Source: Candidatus Levyibacteriota bacterium
GTDB taxonomy: Bacteria; Patescibacteriota; Microgenomatia; Levybacterales; UBA12049
DNA length: 64,000 bases
Direction of reading: 5' to 3'
Assembly: GCA_963790825.1 (NCBI GenBank)
Contig: CAWBPM010000002.1
Location: forward strand, 487,159-551,158
Shown: in pieces, positions 12,050-22,981 of the stretch
Numbering within the stretch: position 1 is the stretch's first letter
Layout of the letters: each line of letters opens with the position of its first letter
Program-made: the position numbers and the translations under genes
The notes under the pieces: model-generated
Databases searched by the model: none
What the model was told of the DNA's origin: nothing
What the model saw: the letters and a program-made list of their open reading frames with translations, nothing else

Positions 12050-12817
12050 ATGTCTTTTCTTGTTTTTCTTTTTGTCATTATCTTCATTTTTCTCAGCTTA
12101 AGTATTAAAATTCTCCGTGAGTATGAACGGGGAGTTATTTTCTTTCTCGGCCGTTTTACCGGTGTTAGGGGTCCGGGACTTATTATCCTTATTCCAATAT
12201 TTGAGAGGATGGTAAAAGCAACTCTTCGGATTGTTACCATGGAAATTCCTTCGCAAAAAATTATTACCAAGGATAACGTCTCAATCGATATCGCAGCAGT
12301 CGCATATTATAAAGTCGTCAATCCATCTAAATCCGTTCTGGCAATTGAAGACGTCTATACAGCGGTAAATCAGATCAGCCAAACAACCGTTCGTAATGTT
12401 ATTGGTCAATTTATGCTTGACCAGCTTTTGTCTCAAACCTTAAAAATTAACACGCAAATTAAAGAAGTAATTGACCGTCACACCGAGCCATGGGGAGTAC
12501 AGGTCACTGCAGTTGAAATTAAAGATATTATGCTTCCTGATAATATGCAGCGGGCAATGGCCAAAGAAGCGGAGGCTGAGAGGGAACGGAGGGCAAAGAT
12601 TGTCGCAGCAGAAGGGGAGATGCAGGCCGCAACAAAATTAGGAGAAGCCTCAGACATTATCGCCAAACACCCGATAGCGCTTCAACTCAGAACTTTGCAA
12701 TCATTGACCGAAATCAGTACTGAACGAAATTCAACGATTATTTTTCCCGCACAATTTATGACTACTGTCCAGGAAGTTTTAAGAACCGTGACAGAAGATT
12801 TAGCGAATAAGAAGTAA
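12050..12817 (+). CDS. SPFH/stomatin (slipin) family protein
   Basis: [46 protein letters not shown]; start moved to ATG 12050 after TATAAT at 12032. Confidence 0.92.
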   Translation: MSFLVFLFVIIFIFLSLSIKILREYERGVIFFLGRFTGVRGPGLIILIPIFERMVKATLRIVTMEIPSQKIITKDNVSIDIAAVAYYKVVNPSKSVLAIEDVYTAVNQISQTTVRNVIGQFMLDQLLSQTLKINTQIKEVIDRHTEPWGVQVTAVEIKDIMLPDNMQRAMAKEAEAERERRAKIVAAEGEMQAATKLGEASDIIAKHPIALQLRTLQSLTEISTERNSTIIFPAQFMTTVQEVLRTVTEDLANKK

Positions 12818-12883
12818 TCCACACTTCGTAATAAAAGTCTTATAGTTCGATTTTCCTTTATTTCCGCTGTATAATTTAATTTT

Positions 12884-13693
12884 ATGTCTGAACAACTTAA
12901 AATAATTCCTTATACAACGCTTCAGGAAAGGGCAGACCGAAGGTTAGAATTTCTTGTCGCGGCAAATACCGAACCGGGTTCGAACTCTTCATCTACCGAT
13001 CAAAGAAAATCAAGCTTGGAGTTAGCGCAAAAACGATATTTCCAAACAGATAAGCTTTTCGAGATCGCAAATCAAATATTGACAAATGATCGTACAAAAG
13101 AAACATATAGAAGACAGCAAACTGAATTGAATGCATTTCTTAAAGAAACGAGCCGGCCCGATTGGTATTATGCCAACCGGAACTTTCCCTTAGTCGGCTT
13201 AAATATGCAACAAGCATTAGCCGGAGTAACCGATCTAATACGTGAAGAACAGGCAAAATCTATTTTTGAAGTATTAAAAGGGGCAACAATCCCCGGTTAT
13301 GAAAACGATATTTATATAGAACCGGCAACACTGGAATTATTAGATCCGGAAAAAGCTGAGTGTATCTGGAATGGATTTAGAGCCAGAAAAAAATTTTTAG
13401 ATATTGCTGTCTCGGATGGGGAACATGCGGGAAATAATCTGGCTCTTAGGCTGCTTCAACAGTTTAGATTCTCCGGGAATACAGTTTCAATTCTCAGTCC
13501 TGTTCTCGATGTGCCGACAAGAGAGGTAGCCAAACAATCACTTCGCGGAAAAACAAGATGCGGCGTTTTGCAAGCCGAAATTCCAACAGTTCTTAGGGGA
13601 ATTAACCTACAATTCCAATATTCCACTCCCGATCAAGACGCTCTCCCGGACAGAATCTTTCTCAAAGTTACACCTCAAGATAAATTACACTAG
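12884..13693 (+). CDS. Hypothetical protein
   Basis: 269-aa ORF; TATAAT 8 nt before the ATG; no recognisable motif. Confidence 0.7.
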   Translation: MSEQLKIIPYTTLQERADRRLEFLVAANTEPGSNSSSTDQRKSSLELAQKRYFQTDKLFEIANQILTNDRTKETYRRQQTELNAFLKETSRPDWYYANRNFPLVGLNMQQALAGVTDLIREEQAKSIFEVLKGATIPGYENDIYIEPATLELLDPEKAECIWNGFRARKKFLDIAVSDGEHAGNNLALRLLQQFRFSGNTVSILSPVLDVPTREVAKQSLRGKTRCGVLQAEIPTVLRGINLQFQYSTPDQDALPDRIFLKVTPQDKLH

Positions 13694-13815
13694 TACCTCG
13701 CCGCCTGAACCTTTAAGTGGGAATAAATCTTAAGTAAACTACTTGTTTTCTGTTCTTGCAACAAAAGATGAGATGTGCTTAAATGCCATTGACTTATGAC
13801 TCCTGATTATTCCTA

Positions 13816-15003
13816 ATGAAACGCTTATTGAAATTTAAAAAAAATTACTATCTTGTTATCTTTCTCTTGCTCGGAATTATCATTACTGCTATATCATTTC
13901 TTATGGCATCACTAAATACGAATAAACCAGTGACTATCGCAAAACAACAAGCAGTACTTGCCGCACAAACTCTGAAACCAACTCCCACCTCTATACTTAC
14001 CCCGACACCAACAATTGCTATCCCGACTCCGACTGCTTCTCCTTCCGTAGCGACATCGCAACCCTCAAGCGGCATTAAGCTGTTCGGTGTAAATATGGCA
14101 GGAGGCGACTTTGGGGAGGATAATTTACCGGGAAACGGTAATTACATTTATCCCAGTGATCAAACAAGTTTTAATTATTTTGCAAATCACGGATTAACGA
14201 TTATCAGAGTTCCGTTTCGCTGGGAAAGAGTACAACATACAGCAATGGGAGATTTGAATCAACCGGATATTGATGGGCTCAATGCAACAGTTGCGACAGC
14301 CAGCAATGCAAACGAAAAAGTAATTTTGGATATGCATAATTACGGGAGATATTTTAATACGCCATTAACTCTTAGCGACAGTACAAAATTTGCCGATGTC
14401 TGGAGAAAGTTAGCTGATACGTTTAAAGATAATCCCGCGCTTTTCGGTTATGAGATTATGAACGAACCGCATGATTTGCCGGATGGAACAAATGAGTGGG
14501 CAAGTCTTGCGCAAAGTGCAACCGACGCGATTCGCCAGCTAGACACTACGCATTATATTATTATCCCCGGATACGATTGGCAGAGTGCAAACGGCTGGCC
14601 GGAAAATAATCAGAACCTCAATATTAATGACGCAACCGGAAAGATTCTTTATTCCGCGCATCAGTATTTTGATAGCGATCAAAGCGGAAGATATAGTGAG
14701 GGTTACGATGCAGAACAAGCAAATCCTAATACCGGCGTTACACTTATTCAACCTTTTTTAACCTGGCTGGCAGCGAATAATAAACAGGGAATTTTTACTG
14801 AATACGGAATACCGGGAGATGATCCGCGTTGGTTAACAATGCTGGATAATTTCTTGGCAAGGTTAAACAGTAATCCGAATATTGTCGGCGGTACGTACTG
14901 GGCGGCAGGTCCCTGGTGGGGAGATTATAAATTGTCCGTGGAACCGCAAAACGGATCTGACAAACCCCAAATGAGTATACTGCAAAAATACAAAAGTCGA
15001 TAA
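13816..15003 (+). CDS. Membrane-anchored GH5 endoglucanase (cellulase-like)
   Basis: N-terminal TM, Pro/Thr linker, GVNMAGGDFG, RVPFRWER, LDMHNY, MNEP (acid/base), FTEYG (nucleophile), YWAAGPWW. Confidence 0.92.
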   Translation: MKRLLKFKKNYYLVIFLLLGIIITAISFLMASLNTNKPVTIAKQQAVLAAQTLKPTPTSILTPTPTIAIPTPTASPSVATSQPSSGIKLFGVNMAGGDFGEDNLPGNGNYIYPSDQTSFNYFANHGLTIIRVPFRWERVQHTAMGDLNQPDIDGLNATVATASNANEKVILDMHNYGRYFNTPLTLSDSTKFADVWRKLADTFKDNPALFGYEIMNEPHDLPDGTNEWASLAQSATDAIRQLDTTHYIIIPGYDWQSANGWPENNQNLNINDATGKILYSAHQYFDSDQSGRYSEGYDAEQANPNTGVTLIQPFLTWLAANNKQGIFTEYGIPGDDPRWLTMLDNFLARLNSNPNIVGGTYWAAGPWWGDYKLSVEPQNGSDKPQMSILQKYKSR

Positions 15004-15134
15004 AAAATTCTATTGTACTTTGATATTATTTAGTTTTTAGATATTAGAAATTAGGATTTTATTTGAGCCGAATTACTGAGGTTAAACAAAGTGTCTTGAC
15101 AAGCTTAGTTTGAAAGAACTACGATAGAAACGTC

Positions 15135-15983
15135 ATGGGATCATTACATCAACTAAAAATTCCCTTCCTCAGTGTTCTTTTTTTCTTTTTGTGCTTTTAT
15201 GTCTTTAGCAAAATTTTTGGACCGATTCCATTCTACATACAAAGTGTGACAACAGATAAACAAGATCTTTTTACGGTTGATGGAACAGGTAATGCAACAG
15301 TGGTACCCGAAACCGCTCAAATCTCCCTTGGAGTAAGCAAAACTACAGCAACAGTGCAAGACGCGCAGAAACAGGTAAACGAAATTGCTAATAAATTAAC
15401 TTCCGATTTGAAAGCACTGGGAATAGCTGACAAAGATATAAAAACTACCAATTATTCATCATATCCGTTATATGGACCAATTCTGCCAATGTCTGCTCAG
15501 TCAGGTGACGAAACGTCTGGATCAGTTCAGTCGGGAGAGACTGCTGCGGGACCAGTGACAAGTGACATCGCAATGCCGATGCGTCCGCCAAGCAGTCAGG
15601 GATATACAGTCACAGAGGATATAAATGTCACTAGCAAATCAACCGATATCGCGAATAAAGTATTGGATTTGGCTCCGAAAGATGGGGCGAATGTCATAGG
15701 TGGTATTCAGTTTGTTTTAACTGATGAGGAGCAACAAGCGCTCGAATCACAAGCAAGAACACAAGCTATCCAAAACGCCAAACAAAAAGCGCAATCGATT
15801 GCAAGTGAAGCAGGTTTACGATTGGGAAAACTCGTTAATATTCAGGAATCGCCAAGTGGATATCCCGGACCAATTATGTATAGTGCAGCAAAAACTGCAC
15901 CAGATCAAAATTCACAGACAAGTGTTAACCCCGGACAAAATAGCATAACAGTAACCGTAACCCTCTCCTACGAAACCCTCTGA
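15135..15983 (+). CDS. SIMPL/DUF541 domain protein
   Basis: FTVDGTGNATVVPETAQISLGV, DIKTTNYS, AIQNAKQKA..A...G.RLGK, VTVTLSYE. Confidence 0.85.
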   Translation: MGSLHQLKIPFLSVLFFFLCFYVFSKIFGPIPFYIQSVTTDKQDLFTVDGTGNATVVPETAQISLGVSKTTATVQDAQKQVNEIANKLTSDLKALGIADKDIKTTNYSSYPLYGPILPMSAQSGDETSGSVQSGETAAGPVTSDIAMPMRPPSSQGYTVTEDINVTSKSTDIANKVLDLAPKDGANVIGGIQFVLTDEEQQALESQARTQAIQNAKQKAQSIASEAGLRLGKLVNIQESPSGYPGPIMYSAAKTAPDQNSQTSVNPGQNSITVTVTLSYETL

Positions 15984-16007
15984 AGAATAAACAAATACTA
16001 CCAATAA

Positions 16008-16943
16008 TCACTTGTTTCCGCTATGAAATGCCTTGTGCACATCTCTGAGTTGTTTATTCGTAATATGGGTATAGATTTGTGTAGTCGCAATATTCTTATG
16101 CCCCAGCATTTCCTGAACCGAGCGGATATCGGCACCGTTTGTGAGTAGATCAGTTGCGAACGAGTGGCGCATCGTGTGAACCGTCGCGTCAACCGGAAGC
16201 CTAGCCAACTTTACATATTTTTTAATCACCCGCTCGATACTCCTTGCAGTCAGGCGCATTTTTTCGCCGTCATTTTCCTCATTGGGACGTCCCGAATATC
16301 TGATAAAAAGCGGTTTATAGGAATCCTGCCGTATTCCCAAATAGTTCTGAATCCAATCGGCAGCGCGGTCCGAGACAAATACAATTCTTCCTTTTCCGCC
16401 TTTCCCAATTACACCGAATTCTTTCCGCTCCAAATTAATTTCTCCATGATTTAATTTTACAAGCTCCGATACGCGAAGTCCTGTTGAAAAAAGTAATTCC
16501 ATGATGCAGCGGTCCCGCATTCCTTCTTCTTTTGAAGTATCAGCCATATTAACCAACTGATCAATTTGCTCCCGTTCGAGAAATTTTAAGCTCCGGCTCT
16601 CGGTTTTTGGTAAATCAATTTTCGACGGCTCCAGAGTTTTATAATCATTCTTAATTAAAAACCTTAGAAACGAGCGAAGCGCGATTACATAATAATTTTG
16701 CGTCACTTTCTGAAGAGTCTGACCTTTATCATCTGTTCTATTGGCCAAAAATACCCGGTATCTGCGGATTATCGATAGGTCCAAATCTTCAATTGTTTTG
16801 TGTGGCAGGGTAGAGGAGAACCATTTTTCAAAAGTATCCAAGTAATGCCTGTAGTCCCGAATCGTTAACCGGGAAGAATTTTTTTCAATTTCCAAATATT
16901 CCAGATAATTATTAATTAGGTCAGGCAAGAACAGCGAACGCAT
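16008..16943 (-). CDS. XerC/XerD-family tyrosine recombinase
   Basis: TGLRVSEL, GKGGKGR, HTMRHSFAT, LGH, TTQIYTH; start ATG 16943 preceded by TTGACT-N17-TAGTAT. Confidence 0.93.
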   Translation of the reverse strand: MRSLFLPDLINNYLEYLEIEKNSSRLTIRDYRHYLDTFEKWFSSTLPHKTIEDLDLSIIRRYRVFLANRTDDKGQTLQKVTQNYYVIALRSFLRFLIKNDYKTLEPSKIDLPKTESRSLKFLEREQIDQLVNMADTSKEEGMRDRCIMELLFSTGLRVSELVKLNHGEINLERKEFGVIGKGGKGRIVFVSDRAADWIQNYLGIRQDSYKPLFIRYSGRPNEENDGEKMRLTARSIERVIKKYVKLARLPVDATVHTMRHSFATDLLTNGADIRSVQEMLGHKNIATTQIYTHITNKQLRDVHKAFHSGNK

Positions 16944-17036
16944 ATTCACTATACTAAAGGACAGGCAGTAGGAAGTCAAACCCAATGAGATCAATTTAGC
17001 TTGACAATACTTCCCCAAAAAAGCCATACTAAGTAT

Positions 17037-18497
17037 ATGCGGGAAGAATATATTCTCAGAGCAAAAGCATATCTTTTGTCTCAACCGGACTATAGAGAAA
17101 AATTCGAAGACATTAAAAAAGATCTCTTAGCACTTGGTGCCAGCGAAGAAGAAATCCAGAAAGCGATTGCAGACATTGAAGATGAGCCGATTGAAGAAGC
17201 GGACAAAAAGAAAGAACAAGCCGATAAGCCTGAAATTATAAAAAAATTACTTGAAGTAGATATTGCGTCCCACATTGTAACCGGCGTGCTTATTGTCTTT
17301 GCTCTTTTTTTCTTCTTTATGTTTCTGCACAATAGACAAGTATCTATGTCCCCTTCGTCAACCAATATTCAAACTAATGAGGGCTCACCGTTGGTCACAA
17401 GGGTATACGCTCTCACGCTTCCGGTAAATGCAACGCAGGTTTTTTCCTATCCCGGAACAAATATTAGTTTACCTATCTCAGGTTTTCCAAAGAGGGAAGT
17501 ACTTGGATTTTTTCCCTATTGGATGCTTGACGTTGAGGACAAAGTAAATTTAATTGGTATTACCGACATTAGTTTATTCGGTCTTGAAACAGATGGTAAT
17601 GGCAATATCATTACGGTCGGTAGTGATGGCACGACGGACCCGGGATGGACCATGTGGAATGATCCCAGGCTTACACTCTTCTTAAACAGAGTGAAAGCAA
17701 AAAACATTCACGTAGCACTCACAATAAAATCATTCAATAATAACAACATTGAGCATCTGATAAGTTCTGATAATAGTCAAAAGCAATTAATTGCTAATGT
17801 GATTCATCTAATTAGTATAAAAAATCTGGACGGAGTAAATTTGGATTTTGAATATACCGGAAACCCGACACCTTCTCAAATCAACTCATTTACTGCATTT
17901 ATTACCAATCTTAATACAAATCTAAAACAGCAAAATCCTAATCTCGCACTTACCCTGGATACAAATATTACTGCCGCCTCTCAGCCTCTGCTTCTAGATA
18001 TTCCTTCTCTTGCAGGCAGCGTCGATTCATTCATCGTCATGGGATATGATCTGCATACGCCGCAAGGCGAACCCGGCGCGATAGCACCGATTGACGGGAC
18101 CAATGGACTTATTGAACTTGTACAAAGTTACCTGGAAAAAGTAGGGCCTGAAAAAATTATTTTGGCTGTTCCGTATTATGGTTACGACTGGCCGATAAGC
18201 GACGCGGTAAACAACACAAGTCAAAATGCGGCAATACTTCCATATGCACAGGTGATGGATTTAGCCAAAGATAAAACTGTTTCCTGGGACGAAACTACAC
18301 AAACTCCATACTTTACTTATATTGACCCCACAACGAAGCTAAAACACCAGGTATATTTCGATAACACTCGCTCAATCGGTTTGAAATATGATTATATAAA
18401 TCAGAAGAATCTTAAAGGCGTCGGCATTTGGGCACTCGGCTACGACGGACTCAATCAAGACCTCGGCGCCCTCATCCTCGAGAAATTCGCCAAGTAA
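17037..18497 (+). CDS. Membrane-anchored GH18 glycoside hydrolase (chitinase/YaaH-like)
   Basis: Cytoplasmic N-terminus, TM, DGVNLDFEY catalytic motif, VMGYD, AVPYYGYDW, GVGIWALG; the TTG at 17001 in the ORF track is part of the TTGACA -35 box. Confidence 0.9.
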   Translation: MREEYILRAKAYLLSQPDYREKFEDIKKDLLALGASEEEIQKAIADIEDEPIEEADKKKEQADKPEIIKKLLEVDIASHIVTGVLIVFALFFFFMFLHNRQVSMSPSSTNIQTNEGSPLVTRVYALTLPVNATQVFSYPGTNISLPISGFPKREVLGFFPYWMLDVEDKVNLIGITDISLFGLETDGNGNIITVGSDGTTDPGWTMWNDPRLTLFLNRVKAKNIHVALTIKSFNNNNIEHLISSDNSQKQLIANVIHLISIKNLDGVNLDFEYTGNPTPSQINSFTAFITNLNTNLKQQNPNLALTLDTNITAASQPLLLDIPSLAGSVDSFIVMGYDLHTPQGEPGAIAPIDGTNGLIELVQSYLEKVGPEKIILAVPYYGYDWPISDAVNNTSQNAAILPYAQVMDLAKDKTVSWDETTQTPYFTYIDPTTKLKHQVYFDNTRSIGLKYDYINQKNLKGVGIWALGYDGLNQDLGALILEKFAK

Positions 18498-18538
18498 ATC
18501 CGTTGACAATAAGAAACAAGATTTTTATTATATTTCAC

Positions 18539-19444
18539 ATGACGAAATTTCTCCTCGATAGCGGTAATCCTAACGAGTATCGTGAGATTGCAAACCTTGC
18601 CAAACAACATAGTACTGAGATTTGGGGTGCGACGACCAATCCTACTTTGATTGCCAAACAATTAGGCGGCAAAAAACTAACTTCCCAAGAGGCATTTAAT
18701 TTACAAAAGCAAATCGTCATGGAAATCTTACGTCTCGTCCCCGGTGCGGTTTCCGCAGAAGTATATGCTGACGGAAAAACTACTGCCTCTGAAATGGTAG
18801 GGCAGGGGAGTGAGATCGCCTCCTGGCATGAACGGATAGTCGTCAAGCTCCCGACGACTTTGGAAGGATTATATGCAAGAACCAAACTTCGGCAATTAGG
18901 AATTATCATCAATAATACCTTAGTATTTTCGCAGGAACAAATTTTCGCAATTTGCCTGCATGAAAAATTGGTAATGAAAGAGGGGAGTGGCACTGAGAAA
19001 AAAGCCTACCCATGCTTTATCTCCCCTTTTGTCGGAAGACTTGATGACTCGGGATTAAATGGCATGGATATTATTAAAAATGGCGTGACACTTCGAAACG
19101 CTTTTAAATTTTCTCCCTGGATTTTATCTTCGTCAATCCGGACCCTCAGACATATGGAACTAACAATTCATTACAACTGTGACATTCTAACTGCACCGGC
19201 AAAAGTATATTTGGAGCACTTCGGACATGATAATAAAAGCGAAGACGAGTTAGGCTCGTCGACACAAACTCCGGAGTTAATACAAATCCCCTACTGGAAG
19301 CCAAAAGATGAGCTTCTGCGAATTTCGACACTCGACGAATTGTTTTCTGCAATTTCCTCCGGCAGATTAAATATAAATCATCCGCTTACTATAAAAGGCA
19401 TCCAGAAATTTAGCGAGGATTGGAGCAGTATCATCACCTTATAG
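18539..19444 (+). CDS. tal: Transaldolase family protein
   Basis: LLDSG, ATTNPTL, VSAEV, VVKLP (Schiff-base Lys), NNTLVFS, ISPFVGRLDD; TTGACA-N17-TATTAT 7 nt before ATG 18539. Confidence 0.85.
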   Translation: MTKFLLDSGNPNEYREIANLAKQHSTEIWGATTNPTLIAKQLGGKKLTSQEAFNLQKQIVMEILRLVPGAVSAEVYADGKTTASEMVGQGSEIASWHERIVVKLPTTLEGLYARTKLRQLGIIINNTLVFSQEQIFAICLHEKLVMKEGSGTEKKAYPCFISPFVGRLDDSGLNGMDIIKNGVTLRNAFKFSPWILSSSIRTLRHMELTIHYNCDILTAPAKVYLEHFGHDNKSEDELGSSTQTPELIQIPYWKPKDELLRISTLDELFSAISSGRLNINHPLTIKGIQKFSEDWSSIITL

Positions 19445-20255
19445 TCTTTTTCAATAATTACACTATTTTTTTGTTATTAATAGAAATCAGTGTATTTTTT
19501 TATTACCATCTCTAAAGTAACCCAACGAGCTCAAGCTGCAAAGCCCTAGAATGCCCTAGGAGGCTTTCGAAACTAAAAAGATGAGTAAATACATGTCTTT
19601 GGTTATAGTGATTAAAATTATTAACTAAAACAAGTAACACAAACATGTTCCACTCCGATACAAAAAAGGCAAGGGGAGATCAATTTTCATCAATTTTAGC
19701 CTCAAGTTAGCCTGATAAACCAATATGAAAAACAATTTAAGCCCTATAGTAGGGATTTAATGAACCATTCTAAGCAGACGAGAGTATAAATAAATCCAAA
19801 CCGACAAAAAATTTGGGTCTGATAAAAAATATTAATTAAGCACAAGTTGCAGAAAGCAGAAAAAGTCCTTCCCCGGCAATCCGCCCCAGAACGCGTCGTA
19901 AAAGTATTATTGTGCGACGTTATTAATTCAGCTTCCTGTCCGGTAATACCTGATCGATTTTCTTTTTTGAGAACTTCCAGAATATGATCACAGCAGTTAT
20001 TCCATACCAGAGTAGAGATCATCTCTATTAATAGATATACTCTTTTCTTAAAGGTGATAGTTTCGCTCCGTAGCTTGATAAGCTGCAATTGGAATAAGAT
20101 TATCATAGGTACCTTGGGGTATCCTTCTCTGGAGATAAGCACAATACTTTAATTTAGACTGTAGAATCAAGCTAAAGTATACATTTTAGCTTCACATAAA
20201 CGCATTTTAGTTGTTCGTATTTTTTTCAAATGAATAGTAAACTAAGTATATCTCC

Positions 20256-20365
20256 GTCATCTCTTCGAGTCCTCAGAGTCAAGGACCTGGAGAAGCAATG
20301 ACTTTGATGGGATCTAAAAAATTGACGGGATTCTATCGTCCCGTTAAGCGTGACTTCAGAATGAC
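20256..20365. repeat. REP-like palindromic element (GTCAT...AATGAC) with nested hairpins
   Basis: Terminal GTCAT/ATGAC inverted pair; internal GTCCT/AGGAC and TGACGGGAT/GTCCCGTTA hairpins. Confidence 0.6.
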
Positions 20366-20538
20366 AAGTAAAAAACCACCAATTACTTATATACAGCCAT
20401 GTTACTCTGTGAAAAGTAAAATATTATTGTGAAAATTCTTACTTTTATCCTATAACTATATCATACCACATCATAAATATTATGGGATTTTCCTGTTCTT
20501 CCTTGCCCTTCTCCCCTCTCCTACTTACTAGTTGGCTA

Positions 20539-21399
20539 TTATTTTCCCCAAGCGGTAAAAATATTTAAAACAAGAAGTACAATTGTTGCTACCCAGAGAT
20601 ACTCCCACAAAATGCTGCGAAACAGCCTCTTCTCCAACCAGACATGGGAGAGCCCAACGATAATATAAAAAAATCCTGTCATGAAAAGCGCGAGGACTGT
20701 CGGACTGCTTGGCCAAAACCAAAGTGCCGCCGCCACTTCCAGACAACAAAGACTTAAGCCAAAAACCCACTTTGAAATTGATAACGGATATTTCCCGAGA
20801 GTATATGTCCATACCGCATGATAAGCCAACAAATACGAATATAAAGATACCAGAACTACTTCAAGTATGATAAATTGATGGAGAGAGAAAATTATATTTG
20901 AGAGAAAAAAGAAGGAAATGAGCGTGATAACGAAAGAAACAATTCGTGCTCCGGATAGTAAGGCAATCGTTCTGATCGATGCTACAATAAAAATGTTTTG
21001 GCTTAACAGTAAGGAATATAAACCAAAAGCATATAATACAGCTAAAATAATTCTGAAGATTAACCTGGCCGGTACTAAAAAATAAAATAATCCAAATGCC
21101 AAGCTATAAAAAAATGGCAGGATAAAAATCGCATACATCCCCTTCTCCGTCATGTCTCTCCTCATTGCCCAAAATACAAATAAATCGGTAAATACCGATA
21201 AAAAAGTTGTAATATATACTCCTGACTTACCAAACTGAAATTCGGTAAAAAATAAGCCGAGGGAGAGAATGATAACGCTGATAACAAACTTCTGTCGTTT
21301 ATCAATAGTAAATGTGATCGGTCTCCTTCCCTTTTTGCTAAATGTCAGATGCCGCCTATGCAATGCGGGATTAGGATATGTTGACAAAATATTTTGCAT
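20539..21399 (-). CDS. Polytopic membrane protein of unknown function
   Basis: About 8-9 hydrophobic segments; 11 nt downstream of yebC. Confidence 0.8.
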   Translation of the reverse strand: MQNILSTYPNPALHRRHLTFSKKGRRPITFTIDKRQKFVISVIILSLGLFFTEFQFGKSGVYITTFLSVFTDLFVFWAMRRDMTEKGMYAIFILPFFYSLAFGLFYFLVPARLIFRIILAVLYAFGLYSLLLSQNIFIVASIRTIALLSGARIVSFVITLISFFFLSNIIFSLHQFIILEVVLVSLYSYLLAYHAVWTYTLGKYPLSISKWVFGLSLCCLEVAAALWFWPSSPTVLALFMTGFFYIIVGLSHVWLEKRLFRSILWEYLWVATIVLLVLNIFTAWGK

Positions 21400-21410
21400 G
21401 CAGATATTTC

Positions 21411-22145
21411 TTAGGGCGTAATAATATCATAATTTGCATAGATTTCTTGGACATCAGGATGCTCTTCGAGTTTTTCTAAAAATGCCAGAAGTTTATCTGC
21501 TGACTCTTTATCCGAGATTGTAATGACAGTAGTCGGACGTCTAATAAGTTTTGCCTCTACTATCTCAAGCCCTAAACTAATTAAGTTGTCTCGTACCTTT
21601 CCAAGTGTTTCAGCTCGCGTATAAATGAGAACCTGATCATCAACTTCTTCAACGTCTTCCGCACCATTGTCGGCTGACATGAGATAAATATCATCAAGAG
21701 TGCGTCCGTTTTTCTTAACCAAAATCATTCCTGCTTTTTGAAACTGGTAAGAAACCGAACCGGGTGTTGCGATATTGCCTCCATTTTTATCAAAAATACT
21801 TTTTACCTCAGGAGTAGTCCGCAATTTGTTATCAGTGACAGCTTCAACAATAATACTGATTCCACCGGGACCAAACCCTTCGTAAACGACTTCTTCAAGA
21901 TTTGCCGCGTCTTTGCTGGTTGCCCGCGTAATTGCCCGCTCAATATTATCCTTTGGCATGTTAGCATTTCTCGCAGCTTCTATTGCCAGACGCAGACGGA
22001 AATTCATGGCCGGGTCCCCTATCCCGCCCCCCTGCTTCACCGCTAAGGTAATTGCCATTGAGAGTTTAGTAAATGCTTGCCCCCTTTTAGCATCATTCGC
22101 ACCTTTTTGTCTTTTAATGGTCTTCCATTTTGAATGTCCGCTCAT
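21411..22145 (-). CDS. yebC: YebC/PmpR family protein
   Basis: MSGHSKWKTIKRQK, NMPKDNIERAI, YEGFGPGG, TDNKLRT, DVQEIYAN. Confidence 0.96.
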   Translation of the reverse strand: MSGHSKWKTIKRQKGANDAKRGQAFTKLSMAITLAVKQGGGIGDPAMNFRLRLAIEAARNANMPKDNIERAITRATSKDAANLEEVVYEGFGPGGISIIVEAVTDNKLRTTPEVKSIFDKNGGNIATPGSVSYQFQKAGMILVKKNGRTLDDIYLMSADNGAEDVEEVDDQVLIYTRAETLGKVRDNLISLGLEIVEAKLIRRPTTVITISDKESADKLLAFLEKLEEHPDVQEIYANYDIITP

Positions 22146-22276
22146 AGTTTTTGATAGCTAAAAATACGTAGCTAACAGCCTATTATAGTCTTTCTATATT
22201 GACTTTTGCAATAAATACTTGTAGAATTACAAACTGTTATTGTAACTGCCTAAAAAGTAAACGATAATAGTTCCGG

Positions 22277-22981
22277 ATGTCAGCATTAAAAGCTCAAGCT
22301 ATACAAACCGCCCTGCTGGGAGATTGGACTAACGCCATCCTTCTTAATCAAGCCATTCTTGATGAAGATCCCACTGATATAGACGCCCTCAATCGGCTCG
22401 CTTTCGCGTTTTTTAGCTCCGGGGATACCCGCGAAGCTAAAAATATTTATCAAAAAGTTCTCAGTCTTGATACATTAAATCCGATTGCCATGCGCAATCT
22501 AAAACGTTTAACCGTAAACGGTAAACGTCCGGTCGTCAATATTTTGCAACTTGGTAACCATTTTATTGAAGAGCCGGGTAAAACCAAAGTGGTCGATTTA
22601 ATTAATATTGCAGAACAAAAAATTATCGGTCCACTCCGCTCGGGAGAAATACTGACGCTTAGTGCAAAACGAATGAAAATATTTGTGCTGGAATCTCAAA
22701 AACAATATGTCGGTATGCTTCCTGATGATATCAGCAAGAGACTTATTAAATTCATTGACGGAGGCAACACCTACGAAGCATATGTAAAAGCAAACGACAA
22801 ACGTCATCTGTCAATTTTTATTCGTGAAACAAAGCGAGTGAATAGGTTTAGGGACCAGCCCTCATTTGTTTCAAGTGATAAGACAAAATTAACGTTTGAA
22901 AAAAATCGATCAGTGAAGCGTGATGATGATATTGATCAAGATAAACAGCCCTACGTTTTTGAGGAAGAAGAATCTTTATAA
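22277..22981 (+). CDS. TPR-containing protein
   Basis: N-terminal TPR (DALNRLAFAF..EAKNIYQKVLSLD..NPIAMRNLKRL), FIEEPGKTK. Confidence 0.8.
   Translation: MSALKAQAIQTALLGDWTNAILLNQAILDEDPTDIDALNRLAFAFFSSGDTREAKNIYQKVLSLDTLNPIAMRNLKRLTVNGKRPVVNILQLGNHFIEEPGKTKVVDLINIAEQKIIGPLRSGEILTLSAKRMKIFVLESQKQYVGMLPDDISKRLIKFIDGGNTYEAYVKANDKRHLSIFIRETKRVNRFRDQPSFVSSDKTKLTFEKNRSVKRDDDIDQDKQPYVFEEEESL

Noticed and set aside
16008-16943. Tyrosine recombinase as the integrase of an island
   Set aside because: Length and motifs fit a housekeeping Xer; no att repeats or mobile cargo adjacent.
16944-17084. ORF-track N-terminal extensions (xer to 17084, GH18 from 17001, tal from 18428, ychF to 53789, SPFH from 11921)
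   Set aside because: The extensions run through promoters or neighbouring genes; downstream ATGs match the family starts.
19530-19575. Hammerhead ribozyme (hairpin followed by CGAAAC)
   Set aside because: Upstream core is CTGCAA, not CTGANGA, and stems I/III are not evident.
19744-20142. 132-aa minus-strand ORF as a gene
   Set aside because: GTG start, Cys-rich atypical composition, no motif or translation signal.
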